64,000 nucleotides of DNA from Harriotta raleighana (lineage: Eukaryota), in NCBI GenBank assembly GCA_050575255.1, contig JBNZDD010013633.1, positions 833,058-897,057 on the forward strand, written 5' to 3'. Below, piece after piece: positions 63,497 to 64,000 of this stretch. Within the stretch, counting starts at the first letter, position 1, and the number at the start of each line of letters is the position of its first letter. The translations under genes and the position numbers were made by a program. The notes under the pieces are model-generated. The model did not search any database. It was not told the DNA's origin and was given only the letters and a program-made list of their open reading frames with translations.

Positions 63497-63563
63497 CAAC
63501 AACAAAATTACATTTGTATAGCGCCTTTCACGTCAGGAGGACGTCCCAAGGCGATGGACAGTA
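63497..63563 (-). mobile_element. L2 LINE, extreme 3' end only
   Basis: caacaacaaaattacatttgtatagcgcctttcacgtcaggaggacgtcccaaggcgatggacag. Confidence 0.85.
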
Positions 63564-64000
63564 ATTATATGATCTGTAATTATATGGTCTGATGACAGTT
63601 TTCTTTAGTAATGCTCTTTCTCATTCCATCTGTTTGTCTTATTGTATCTATTACCTTGCTCATTTAATATCAAGTTCCCCCCACCCCCAGCCCCCACCCC
63701 CACCCCTCTCTTTCCCTTCTACTTTTCTTCTTGGGACATGATTTTGCGCAATAGTGAAAAGGAGAACAAAGGTTTATGACAAAGGAGGAGAGGCAAAGGA
63801 TGGGCAATAAACTGGGAGAAATTTAGTAAATAGTGGAATATGGAAATATATGTAAACAGCCAGAGAATCAGATGCAAAATGTGTGGTCAGAAGGAAGCAG
63901 GAGGAAACGGGTTACCTGATTGGTGGTTCTTGTTTTCAAATACACCAAACTCTTGAACAGAGACCAACTACCAGCTTATTTTGCAGGGTTTGCATATTTG

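Larger units (their letters stand above)
1..64000 (+). other. RASA3: Window lies within the RASA3 transcription unit (intron 1 to intron 5)
   Basis: Four exons in the expected order and phase; no match found by eye to exon 1 (MAVEDEGLRVFQSVKIKI) or exon 6 (IVECQGLPIVNGQCDPY); introns 2, 3 and 4 are about 9.1, 17.5 and 9.8 kb. Confidence 0.85.

Overview
This is eukaryotic (vertebrate) genomic DNA, so almost every ORF in the track is spurious or transposon-derived. The whole window lies inside one + strand gene, RASA3 (GAP1-IP4BP, Ras/Rap GAP). Four coding exons (human exons 2-5; 118, 104, 95 and 77 nt, all GT-AG, phases 1-2-1-0-2) splice into one open frame covering the C2A domain and the start of C2B. 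Exon 1 and exon 6 onward were not found and are presumably outside the window. The introns are packed with transposable elements: L2-clade LINE pieces with (GTT)n tails, a tRNA-headed SINE family with (ATT)n tails (short and long variants), older Deu/SacSINE1-like SINEs, CR1 and Penelope-like fragments, and Tc1/mariner-pogo/Tigger-type MITEs. This repeat set points to a cartilaginous fish, plausibly a holocephalan such as Callorhinchus (inference). Several near-perfect tandem duplications sit on single 'n' bases and look like assembly artefacts. I found no convincing new multi-gene system. The best leads are a compact candidate blood-lineage enhancer in intron 5 (E-box/GATA composite, RUNX, ETS, NF-E2/MARE), templated-insertion repair scars, a MITE flanked by TT instead of TA, a CpG-rich Tigger-like insert, and splice-site oddities in RASA3. 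Family assignments are from recognition, not from database searches.
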